64,000 bases of DNA, taken from contig NIVC01001447.1 of the NCBI GenBank assembly GCA_002269645.1, forward strand, positions 1 through 64,000, written 5' to 3'. The notes under the pieces are model-generated. The model did not search any database, was not told the origin of the DNA, and was given only the letters and a program-made list of their open reading frames with translations. The position numbers and the translations under genes are program-made. Of the stretch, positions 26,301 through 38,100 are shown one piece after another; position 1 is the stretch's first letter, and every line of letters starts with the position of its first letter. The DNA comes from Macrostomum lignano. Its lineage: Eukaryota.

Positions 26301-29300
26301 CAGTCAAGCTCCGATTGCTTCGCGCCCAGCGCAGCATCTTTCTCCTTCAGGGCGCGGGTCAGCGATTCCATCTGCCTGCGGTACTCCTCCGTCTGGCGCT
26401 TCGCCAGCTGCAGCTCCTGGAAGCCATCGGTTCTTGAAATATTAAATATGCTCTTTATCACCGGTTCACACTGTCCCATAACCAGCTCACACTGCACCAT
26501 CACCAGCTCACACTGCCCCATCACCAGCTCACACTGCACCATCACCAGCTCACATTGCCCAGCTGCTTGTTCTGCTGGTCCCTCTCAGCCAGGGCGTCAC
26601 CGAGCCGGTCTGTCTGATCCTGACTGTCCGCCAGCTCCTGCTCCAGACTCTTGGCCAGCGGTGCCAGCTGGTCCAGCTTCTTGGTCTGGTTGTTCAGCCT
26701 GGAGTGGTAGTTCGAGTGGAGTAGATTAGCAATCCATTCTATTCCCCATGTCTGAGGAGTAGATTAGCAATCCATTCTATCCCATGTCTGAGGAGTAGAT
26801 TAGCAATCCATTCTATCCCCATGTCTGAGGAGTAGATTAGCAATCCATTCTATCCCCATGTCTGAGGAGTAGATTAGCAATCCATTCTATTGCTATAATG
26901 CTATAATGCTATAATGCTATCTATCCCCTTGTCCGAGGAACCCTTGTGCATCAGCCGATGCGAGGCAAAAGTCACACCATGGCGGTCACTCACGAGTCGT
27001 TGAGCTCCTTGATCTCCAGTCGAAGTCGTTCATTTTCATTTTTCAAAGGTTCCGCTCGCGGCGTCGGTTGCGGCGGCAGCGGCGGCGGAGGCGGAGGCGG
27101 CGGGGCCGACGGAGGCAGGTACGCCGGCTGGCTGCCGTAGCCGGGGTGATGAGAGCTGGGCTGAAAGTTTGAAACCAAAACTTGCTTGAAAATGAATTCA
27201 AATTTTTATAAGCAGAACTGCTGTGAGCTTCTTGACTCGATAAGCAACTTCATGGCGCCCCTTATCCCCTCATGGCGCCCCTTATTCCTCATGGCGCCCC
27301 TTATCCCCTTCATGGCGCCCCTTATTCCCTCATGGTGCCCCTTATCCCCTCATGGCGCCCCTTATTCCCTCATGGCGCCCCTTATCCCCTTCATGGCGCC
27401 CCTTATCCCCTTCATGGCGCCCCTTATTCCCTCATGGTGCCCTTATCCCCTCATGGCGCCCCTTTATCCCTTTCATGGCGCCCCTTATCCCTTCATGGCG
27501 CCCCATATCCCCTCATGGCTCTCCTTATCCCCTCATAGCGTCCCTTATCCCCTCATGACGCTTCTTGTCCCCTCATGGAGCCCCTTATCCCCATCTTCTC
27601 AATCGCAGCCTCACCTGCGGCGCCGTGTCCCCGTAATTCCAGTCGGCGGAGGCGGAGCGAATCTCGGCGACGTGCGCCGCTGCTTCGCCGACGGCGAGGG
27701 CGAAGGCGAGCGCGACAGCCGCTGCTGCCGGTAGCGGAGCTTCTCGAAGTGGCCTCATCCGCCGCAGCCTCCTTCTCGTCGAGATATTCATCAATATCGT
27801 TGGCTATGGAGGCCAGCTCCTGCCGCGACTCCCGCAGGCTGTTCACTGTGAAGCTGGGTGGCACAGGTGAGGCGATGCGGATGAGAAAGTCTAAGGAAGG
27901 CTGTTTTGCACATTTTAGAATCAAGTTTTCTTAATTTATGTCAGACCCTATTTTTTTCTTGTAACGCAGGAAGGAAGGTCATCTGTAAAAAATGGGTCAC
28001 TAATGGGACAGGGGAGTCACCTGTAGGACAGGGGAAGTCACCTGTAGGACAGGGGAAAGTCACCTGTAGGACAGGGGTAGTCACCTGTAGGACAGGGAGA
28101 GTCACCTGTAGGACAGGGGAAGTCACCTGTAGGACAGGGGGAAGTCACCTGTAGGACAGGGGGAAGTCACTTGTAGGACAGGGGAAGTCACCTGTAGGAC
28201 AGGGGAAGTCACCTATAAGATCGGGGGAGTCACAGAGGGAGTCACCTGTAGGACAGGGGGAAGTCACTTGTAGGAGAGGGGAAGTCACCTGTAGGAGAGG
28301 GGGAGTCACCTGTAGGAGAGGGGGAGTCACCTGTAGGAGAGGGGAAGTCACCTGTAGGAGAGGGGAGTCACCTGTAGGACAGGGGAAGTCACCTGTAGGA
28401 GAGGGGGAGTCACCTGTAGGAGAGGGGGAGTCACCTGTAGGAGAGGGGGAGTCACCTGTAGGAGAGGGGAAGTCACCTGTAGGAGAGGGGGAGTCACCTG
28501 TAGGAGAGGGGGAGTCACCTGTGGGAGAGGGGGAGTCACCTGTAGGAGAGGGGAAGTCACCTGTAGGAGAGGGGGAGTCACCTGTAGGAGAGGGGGAGTC
28601 ACCTGTAGGAGAGGGGGAGTCACCTGTAGGAGAGGGGGAGTCACCTGTAGGACAGGGGTCACCCGTTGAGACGGAAGTCAGCCTGAACTTCCTAAGCCCT
28701 ACACGCCAAAGGGACCAACAGACCAATGCGCACTGCCCAGGTGTTTTCTCTGCAACATAAACCAGCAATCATTTAGAATAAAAGGAGCAGAGACTGAGTT
28801 TCATCGAAAAGTGCCGGGTAATAAAATAAAACTTTATGCTAAACAGGAATCTGTCAGAGTCGCAAGTGGATGAGGCCTCACAAGCCCCGGTGTTAACTAT
28901 TTCGTGACTACTCGCTGCTGAAGAGCTCGGCTGCTTTCAACTGCGCACAAGAATGCCAGATAAAACCCGGTGAGCACATATAAGCCAAGAATGGCAGCAG
29001 CGAGCAGCTCTCAGGCCAGAGAGAAACTGCAAAGCGACAGGGCTGAGCACAGTGAGACGGAGATTTTCTACATTTAGGGCGACGGAAAGACGGAAAGAAA
29101 TTGATGCAGCAGAGGCTTCTCCCCCCCCCCAGTCTCTCTGCTTGCCGAGAGACTGCCGCAACATGCGTGGTAGGCAGGCGGGTGCAGCTCTCAGAAGCGC
29201 TCAGCAGCCCACCGCACGCCGCTGTAGATTCGAGTGCTCAAACACGAGTACTCAACTGATGCGACAGGCAACGCGGCGCACCGGTAAACAGGGCGGCTGA

Positions 29301-30188
29301 CAGGAAAAGCAGAAATATGCAATTTGTAGAAAAGTAAAAGTTGGAATCGAGGAAATTATCACGAACTGAGATAACTTGGGTTGTAGAACTGCCAAGTTTG
29401 ATTCGGTGATGCATAGCCGTTACGTGAATGAGGGAATTTTCTGCCGACTTTCATTCACACTTGCTTCTCTGCCTCTCTCAGTCACTCTCTACTTCTCCCA
29501 GTCCCTCCCTATTTCTCTGTCTCTCCCTACTTCTCCCAGCCTGTCCCTACTTCTCCCGGTCTTTCCTACGTCTCCCAGTCTCTCTCTACTTCTCCCAGTC
29601 TCTCTCTACTTCTGCCAGTCTCTCCCTACCTCTCCCAGTCTCTCCCTATTTCTCTCAGTCTCTCCCTACTTCTCCCAGCCTGTCCCTACTTTTCCCGGTC
29701 TTCTCTACTTCTCCCAGTCTCTCTCTACTTCTGCCAGTCTCTCCCTACCTCTCCCAGTCTCTCTCTACTTCTCCCAGTCTCTCTCTACTTCTCCCAGCCT
29801 GTCCCTACTTTTCCCGGTCTATCCCTACGTCTCCCAGTCTCTCTCTACTTCTCCCAGTCTCTCTCTACTTCTGCCAGTCTCTCCCTACCTCTCCCAGTCT
29901 CTCTCTACTTCTCACAGTCTCTCTCTACTTCTCACAGTCTCGCTCTACTTCTCCCAGTCTCGCTCTCTACTCCTCACAGTCTCTCTCTACTTCTCCCAGC
30001 CTGTCCCTAGTTCAGCCCCAATTGCACAGCCAAGCCAACCTGATGCCGCGGTCGATGAGGCCGCCTCTGTCGGGGCTGCGATAGCCGCGCCTGTCCAGCG
30101 AGCTGAGCCGGCCAGTTGAGCCATAGAATGCGGCGCCGGGGCTTCGGTAGGGCGACGCGGAGGCCGGCCTGTAGCGTTGGGCCTGCAT
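11346..30188 (-). CDS. Giant ~4,478-aa protein with an N-terminal coiled coil and a very long S/R/D-rich disordered region; 13 exons
   Basis: Exons in transcription order: 30040-30188, 28663-28691, 27615-27845, 26994-27160, 26554-26698, 26291-26416, 25601-25774, 24893-25352, 23865-23977, 23464-23788, 13636-23388, 11653-13369, 11346-11385. All junctions are GT-AG and phase-consistent once 8 single-base losses are restored (13,437 nt, divisible by 3). Coiled-coil heptads, e.g. ELQLAKRQTEEYRRQMESLTRALKEKDAAL. Starts MQAQRYRPAS, ends NSKHQLELLQED*. Confidence 0.75.
18000..21650 (-). repeat. Coding 51-bp (17-aa) repeat SQPPSARDRSRDRRYDG inside the giant exon
   Basis: Homogeneous core 18750-21340 with degenerate in-frame copies on both sides; higher-order 816-bp (16-unit) duplication, 19131 vs 19947. 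Confidence 0.9.
23993..24750 (+). repeat. 20-bp intronic minisatellite (CTCTGACCCAGTCTGACTCA)n
   Basis: About 37 copies; reads GTGAGTCAG on the gene's sense strand. Confidence 0.95.
25783..26247 (+). repeat. 22-bp intronic minisatellite (GAATTGGGGATGTCTAGATGTC)n
   Basis: About 21 copies. Confidence 0.95.
26470..26553 (-). repeat. 21-bp repeat made from the splice donor (GTGAGCTGGTGATGGTGCAGT) x4
   Basis: The first unit starts at the GT of the intron at 26553. Confidence 0.85.
26716..26890 (+). repeat. ~37-bp intronic minisatellite (GAGTAGATTAGCAATCCATTCTATCCCCATGTCTGAG)n
   Basis: About 4.5 copies. Confidence 0.9.
27250..27592 (+). repeat. 20/21-bp intronic minisatellite (CATGGCGCCCCTTATCCCCT)n
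   Basis: About 16 copies. Confidence 0.9.
28005..28660 (+). repeat. 21-bp intronic minisatellite (TCACCTGTAGGAGAGGGGGAG)n
   Basis: About 30 copies abutting the donor of the 29-nt micro-exon. Confidence 0.95.
29485..30008 (+). repeat. 20-bp CT-rich intronic minisatellite (CTCTCTACTTCTCCCAGTCT)n
   Basis: About 25 degenerate copies in intron 1 of the giant gene. Confidence 0.9.
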
Positions 30189-33100
30189 GGCTGCGGCCAG
30201 ATGAGCCCCGCAGTGAGCTGACTGCTAATGCCTCTCCGTACTTTGCTTGTTGTTGACTAACTGAATTTGCCCTTGACAGTAAACTACGGCCTCCGACGCT
30301 CTGAAAAGCGGTGTTGAAGCAAAGCAGGCTTAAAAGTTATTTAAGATCAAAGTGTCGATCAAGCACTATTTTTGGCGGCAATATCGCCCCACAAACATTT
30401 ATTCAATGGAAACAAAGTTCACACTTCAAGTAAAAAATGCATCGACTACTTAAAGCTATCAATTTGTTAATTTTCCATATCTATGTAGCGGCGTAGCCAA
30501 TCCAATATGACAGCTAACTTGATCACATAATGTACTGCATTCTACCTTTTTTGCATATACTATCCAAAGTGCTCAATAATGATCATATGTCGTTTCTGAA
30601 TTACACAGAATCAAATTATTCTCTACCCAATTAAAATAGTTACAGGTACACTATACTCGTATCCCTTACTTGTATAATAAAACATAATATCCTTAAGAGC
30701 AGACTATAATTGTTACTGGTATTTTTACTTCTGATAAGGTAATACAGACTATAAGGTAAAAGTAAGCATAAAAGAATTAAACAACTGCAAAATGGTTCAT
30801 TGGCCATTTTGAGTCATTGCTGGCGAGAATTCTTAAGACTGTTGCTATTTCAAAGTAATGCAATTTGACGTACTAAGAAGTGAGAGCAATAATTACTAGT
30901 AATAATAGCTTGTTCTGGAAATATCTTGCTGGCTAAAGTGTCGAAACAGCTGCAACATTAATAAAATAATTTATAACCAATACAAAGCTAATATGCATTC
31001 ATTTTTTACAATTGAAAGATGAGATAAATAAGATTATGTTATGCTGGAATGTGCTACTTAAAAATTGTGCTGCAAAAATATTATTTTGCCAGTAATTTCC
31101 TGTCAAGATGATGCATCGTCTCATTCGTCTGCGACAAGAGATGGTTCACCTATTTTACACCCTGTGTGTCCTCTGCGCCCCAAACCGGCTCATGCAATAT
31201 TCCCTACCTAAAATCATCTATCATCTGCTCTCCGCCGTCTGCGCAAAAAAATGAGTCCAAAATCCATTTTCCGAGAAAAACAACATCATCCTGACTATGA
31301 CTTTCTTAAAAATATATTATTTCTTCTCTATCCTAGCTTTGACATATCCTATCCTATATATACTAAAACAAGTTGTCTGTATGTATGTAGCTATGCGATA
31401 GATTAAAAAAACGGCTCAACCGATTTTCTTATTAGCTAATTACCAGAGCTCTGTGCTTAATAGATACCATATATCTTATGCCATGTACGTACGAAGTACT
31501 TACTTACCATCCAGGTCAAGCATTGTATCAATACGACGAACTTGCAAAAATATTAGGCAGCTACCAGTAAGTTAAATTTTCCGTTGAAGCTAACTTTTAT
31601 TTCTTAAGAAAAGCCTAAGTTTTAGAAAAAAAGTAACTAAAGAAATTAATGAGCGTGATTATATTACTAAAGTAGTCGTTCTTTCTTACTTTAGAAATCA
31701 GCAACAGTTAGTTTTACGTTATAAAAGATTTTAAAGAATTCGAAATTAAATATTAGAAAGTATAATTTTTTTACGGCTGAAAAAAACCGTAAAAAAAATT
31801 CCAGACGCTCTTTCAAATACCTTACTTAATACAAATATCGTAACTCGTTTTCAGCGATCGTGTAAAAATTTATTTAACCTTTTGAATAAATACTAAATAC
31901 ATCGGATAATACTGGCATAGCAGGCTCTTTAAGCCTGAGCCAAATTTACTACTACTACTAATCGACTCTAGTCCCAAAAAATCTTGCGTAATCTTTCTTG
32001 AGGTCAGGGGTCCACTAACCTGACTTATTAGTCCTAGTCCTAAACTCTAACCGTTGTCGGATTTGAACTTTTGAGAAATTCGTTCAGTTTTTAGCATTTG
32101 CGCTAAGTCGACAATTGAAATTTGAATAGGCCTATATTATAATCTTGCAGTTAATTTTGGTACTTTATCATGCCAAAGTGAGTGGAGGCCTAGTTTACAA
32201 TCAAAGCTTCCTATCCTACTTATTTCAAAATAAGCTACGCCATCTATATTGCCTACCTATATAGCCCCCTAATTTTTTCCATGCTGTTGAGCTATTGTCG
32301 TATTGAGCATACAAATATGCTGCTTTTTGTCTAGGCCTATAGTACCTATACAAAACTTATAAGTAGGCCTACTAACAACCAGAGAACCAGTCACAGTCAT
32401 AGACTCATAGGTTCTAGGCGCAGTCTACTACTAGGCTTAGGGCTATGCCTAGGCCTACTAGTTACCACTATGCCTATACTAGTTGGCAAACTGCTACTAC
32501 TAGTCATATCTTTGGGCTACTTGGGCTAATTTGTTTTTATCTTTTCTGGCATTTATTTTATTTTTGGTCTAGCTATAAAAATTATAATCCAAATCCATTA
32601 TTGCATTACATTAGCAAAGAGAAATCTGATTCTAAAAAGATAAATAAATAAATAGCAATAACAATGTTTTGAATACATTTTGCCTAAATAATAGGCCTAT
32701 GCAATGCTATGCCTATGCATTAGGCCTATTATTTCATCTAGCATATTTTGCTTGATATAAAACATTTTATTTGCATTAAAACTTATGACATTTTGACTAA
32801 ATAAAAAAGTAAAAACTTTATCATAGGCCTAGTGCCAATGGCAATATTAATTATATTTTTTATCATAGGCCTTAGTCCATAGTCAAGAATGTAATAGATT
32901 TCATAGAAAATTCTGGCACTAATTGGCAATTTCTCTAGCATTCTTGGTGCATTTGGTGCATGGCACAAAATGAAAAATAAGATAAAGGCATGAAACTTAG
33001 TGTACTTGGAACAATGGCCTGGCACTTAGTATATATTTCCTTGAACAGTTTAGTATAAGAATTGTTTATGTGTTGTGATTTATCATTCTTTGTATTTTAT

Positions 33101-34189
33101 AGAAGAGTATTAATAGTATTTTACAACAAATGTTAATTTTATTATAAATATAAAAGTTCAAATTCATTATACATTGCTCAAATTCATATTGTGATCTATT
33201 TTGGGCTATGACAACCTTAAGTGTTGGTATATAGCGCAAGAAAAAATAATTCTTTAGTGTAGTATTTTTCTGTTTTTCAACCTGTGGGTTGAGATGTCAC
33301 GTGACCCCCAATAGGGTTATATGACCATTTTCTGGGGGTTGCAGTAGTGAGAAATGTGTGAGTATATCTATACATGCACAATAGTCAGCCAAGTTGGCCG
33401 ATCCGGCCAACCAATTTGGTGGCCAACCAAAGTAAGTTGCAAAAATGCCTACCCAAATAAATACCAAAGTAGTACTAAGTAGATGACAAGGCATTTTACC
33501 TTAATAAGATAGTCATAGTTACTCCTGCCATTTACCCAAAGTTGCATTAATTTTGCTTTAGGGTTTCTTTTACATGTAAGTTGAATTTTTGGTCAAAAAC
33601 TATGTCGCATTTTTGTTAAAACTAAGTTGTATGGCCAACTGAATTTTGGAAGTTGCGCATGTATGAGTTACATACATTACATTATATCACACTTAATGAT
33701 GCATTATATTGATTATAAAAAGGGTCGCAAACATTTAAAAATGATGCAAGTTAATAAATTAATAAATTAGCATTGCCTAAAAAAGGTTGAGAACCATTGC
33801 TTTAATGCATGGCATATAATAAATAAATGTGGGAAGTTTATTCCAGAAAACACAGTGCACCTTCTTGACTAGGCCTATAGATCACAATTTAATTATATTT
33901 TATTATATAAATATTTTAGACCCTAACCAATAATGGTCACATTTTAGATCAAGTCACTTATCTAAATGCCTCTATAATAAATATTTATAAACTTTTTATG
34001 ACTAATATCAATAATATCAATAAAAATATAATACCAACTAGATACCAATTATTATTATTATTATTATTTAAATTATATCAATCATAATACCAATAATAAG
34101 TATTATTATACTTATACCAATTATTACCAGCTATTGCGCAGTGTATCTAAAGGCTATATATAGCTATTCACATATACACATACCCTCAA

Positions 34190-34346
34190 TTATCCCAGCT
34201 AATGTTGGTACCCATTTTATAGCTGGTTGAACTTAAGCAATACATATTTTAAGTGTCTTGCTCAAGGATACAAACTGTTCTAGTGGGATTGAGAATTGAA
34301 CTCCCAACTTTCAAGTTGTGAGTCCAACATTCTAACCACTATGCTA
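34190..34346 (-). mobile_element. tRNA-derived SINE fragment
   Basis: Minus strand reads TAGCATAGTGGTTAG (A-box-like) ... GGGAGTTCAATTC (B-box-like) ... GTATCCTTGAGCAAGACACTT, the post-tRNA motif typical of many metazoan SINEs. Confidence 0.6.
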
Positions 34347-35126
34347 AAAACTTAATATTAGGTTAATTACATACTAGAATTCATGCTAGAACTAAATGTA
34401 TATAATGCATGCTAAAGCAAATATACATAAGAAAATTCTAGCATAAATGATATTTTCTAGAATGTGATATGATCTCTAAGTCTAATATGGCTTATCATAT
34501 AGTATATTTTAATATAAATTCAAACTAACAAAGAACATTGGTATAAGTAAATACTAAATTCTAAAATACATAGATTATATATGTTTATATGGTGCAACTG
34601 CTAGCTAACCTAACCATTGTAGTTAATGTAAATTGTGGTAGATTATAGTTAAGTTGCAAAACTAAGTCCTATTCTTAGTCTAAAAGTATAGTAGACTAAG
34701 TTATATAACTAATGGTCTTATATAAGCTATTTCTAGTTTAGTCTGTGCCACTCAATTAAGATAAGTGCTTAACTGACATGCTTAACTGACAATGTATAAA
34801 AAAATACTATATTACAATTATTACTATTGTCAAGCTGTACAATATATATTATTTATAAGTCTGTACATGCTATAATTATTTATAATAAGCAATACTGAAC
34901 TTTGAATCAAGGTTATACTTTAAAGTCTGCCCTGGTTTTTGCAATTAATCTGCTCACAATTCATTATTATTCATGCACCAGTTTGAGCAAATCTCCTTAC
35001 TGACAACTGATTTTTAATTCAGGCACTGCATAGTTGTAACACTTTGGCTCTGCTTTTGCATGGGCAAAAGAGGCTCAAGCAGTTCGATAAATATTGCTAA
35101 TAGTAGTCCCTGACTAGCCTGCGGCC

Positions 35127-38100
35127 ATGTCCTCCAGGTTTGTGAAAGAATTCAACAGGCTGATCAAGTCAATAGACAAGAAATTCAGTGGACAGGCCAG
35201 CATCCGGGACTATGATGCCGACAACCTGAACTGCTTTATTATTGAACTGGCGCCTAACAATGGGCCCTACAAGCATGGCAAATTCTTATTCCAGGTATGG
35301 GTAAAGCTGCATTCGCTGTTAACAGTAGGAATACCAAGCCATTTTTCCGCCCGTCGAACTACCAAGGGGGGGGGGAAATTTCCCCCCCCCTGACAATTTT
35401 TTTTGCTGCGCCGGAACGGAGCAACGCAGGCACACGAAATTCAAGAACACGGGCTAACTTTTTGTTGCGCACCTTCTCAAACAAGAATCAAGTCGCCAGC
35501 CCTTCGGACCGTCGAGATATTCGACGATTCTGCCAGAAGGTCGGATTTTTCCCATAAGCGCTAGTGTATTCAGTACACCCCTGTGCGCCAATCAGCACTG
35601 CGCCTCAGTGCAGCCTTGCCAAGTCTCCAAACTTCATCAGCACGTCGACCACATGTGTCTGCATCAGTTCTGACTTCGTTGGTCACTAGCCTTCACCCAG
35701 GTGGAGCTTCTGGACCCTCAACAGCTGTGGCACCAGGTGACTATGGACACCCTGATGCGGATTTCTCTAGTTTCGCCGATCAAGCCTCGACAGTGGGCAA
35801 GAATCAACCGTCAGATATTCTCAGCTAGTCTCTCAAGCATTCCGTCATCATCCCGACGCCGTCGGCACCTTCAACAGGTGGCACCAGGTGACTACGGACA
35901 TCCTGTTGCAAATATGTTTGATTTTTCTTATCAAGCTTCAATAATGGGCAAACCTCAACCGATGGACATTGTCAGCTAGTTTCTCGAGCATTCCGTCATC
36001 ACCCCGATGCCGTCGGCACCTTCAACAAATGACACCAGATGACTATGGACACCCTGATGCTGCTTTCTCTAGTTTCGCCGATCAAGCCTCGATAGTGGGC
36101 AAGAATCAACCGTCAGACATTCTCAGCTAGTCTCTCAAGCATTCCGTCATCATCCTGACGCCGTCGGCACCTTCAACAGATTACACCAGGTGACTATGGA
36201 CAGCCTGATAAGAATCTCTCTAGTTTCGCCGATCAAGCCTCGACAGTGGGCAAGAATCAACCGCCAGACATTCTCAGCTAGTCTCTAAAGCATTCCGTCA
36301 TCATCCCGACGCCGTCGGCTCCTTCAACAGATTACACCAGGTGACTATGGACATCCTGTTGCAAATATGTCAGGTTTTTCTTATCAAGCTCCAATAATGG
36401 GCAAACCTCAACTACCGGACATTCTCAGCTAGTCTCTCGAGCATTCCGTCATCACCCCGATGCCGTCGGCACCTTCAACAGATTACACCAGGTGACTATG
36501 GACAGCCTGATAAGAATCTCTCTAGTTTCGCCGATCAAGCCTCGACAGTGGGCAAGAATCAACCGACAGAAATTCTCAGCTAGTCTCTCAAGCATTCCGT
36601 CATCATCCTGACGCCGTCGGCACCTTCAACAGGTGGCACGAGGTGAGTAAGGACACCAGAGCGTGATTTTTCATCATGCGCCGAACATTTCTGAAGCTCT
36701 CAAATTTTTTTAAGCACGGACATTGCTATAGTTAAGCTTGAACTCATGTTGTTGTATATGTATATTATTATTGGGTTCTTATATTATAGTTCAATAAACT
36801 AAACAGCTTGTCAAATAAAGTATGTATGTAGCTCGTATGTATAAAAGTATGTGTAATAATAATATACATATACAGCAACATGAGTTCAAGCTTAACCATA
36901 GCAATGTCCGTGCTTAAAAAAAATTTGAGAGCTTCAGAAATGTTAAGCGCATGATGAAAAATCACGCTCAGGTGTCCTTACTCACCTCGTGCCACCTGTT
37001 GAAGGTGCCGACAGCGTCGGCGTGATGGCTGAATGCTTGACTGACTAGCTGAGGATGTCCAGCAGTTGATTTTTGCCCACTGTCGAGGCTTGATCAGCGA
37101 AACTAGAGAGATTCTTATCAGGCTGTCCATAGTCACCTGGTGTAATCTGTTGAAGGTGCCGACGGCGTCGGGGTGATGACGGAATGCTTGAGAGACTAGC
37201 TGAGAATGTCTGACGGTTGATTCTTGCCCACTATCGAGGCTTGATCGGCGAAACTAGAGAAAGCAGCATCAGGGTGTCCATAGTCATCTGGTGTCATTTG
37301 TTGAAGGTGCCGACGGAATCGGGGTGATGACGGAATGCTCGAGAAACTAGCTGACAATGTCCATCGGTTGAGGTTTGCCCATTATTGAAGCTTGATAAGA
37401 AAAATCAAACATATTTGCAACAGGATGTCCGTAGTCACCTGGTGCCACCTGTTGAAGGTGCCGACGGCGTCGGGATGATGACGGAATGCTTGAGAGACTA
37501 GCTGAGAATATCTGACGGTTGATTCTTGCCCACTGTCGAGGCTTGATCGGCGAAACTAGAGAAATCCGCATCAGGGTGTCCATAGTCACCTGGTGCCACA
37601 GCTGTTGAGGGTCCAGAAGCTCCACCTGGGTGAAGGCTAGTGACCAACGAAGTCAGAACTGATGCAGACACATGTGGTCGACGTGCTGATGAAGTTTGGA
37701 GACTTGGCAAGGCTGCACTGAGGCGCAGTGCTGATTGGCGCACAGGGGTGTACTGAATACACTAGCGCTTATGGGAAAAATCCGACCTTCTGGCAGAATC
37801 GTCGAATATCTCGACGGTCCGAAGGGCTGGCGACTTGATTCTTGTTTGAGAAGGTGCGCAACAAAAAGTTAGTCCGTGTTCTTGAATTTCGTGTGCCTGC
37901 GTTGCTCCGTTCCGGCGCAGCAAAAAAAATTGTCAGGGGGGGGGGAAATTTCCCCCCCCCCTTGGTAGTTCTACTGTTAATGGCATGGGGTATTTTGAAC
38001 TGCCCGCAATAAGATTTTTAGCGATGCGTTTCATGTGCAGCAGTCCCTTTTTTCCTGACGTCCAAATATTACCTTATGATTTCTGGGCATTACTGAAGAC

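Noticed and set aside
31340-31860. Helitron-like 5' end (TATATACTAAAA...GTCTGT, AAACGGCTCAACCGATT) and a faint RNase H-like remnant (EFEIKY...PDALS)
   Set aside because: Too degenerate; no 3' hairpin/CTAG end or continuous frame found
35583-37743. Mirror-image ORFs in the foldback arms as a transposase or repeat protein
   Set aside because: Each 151-bp module shifts frame and contains stops; no transposase motifs
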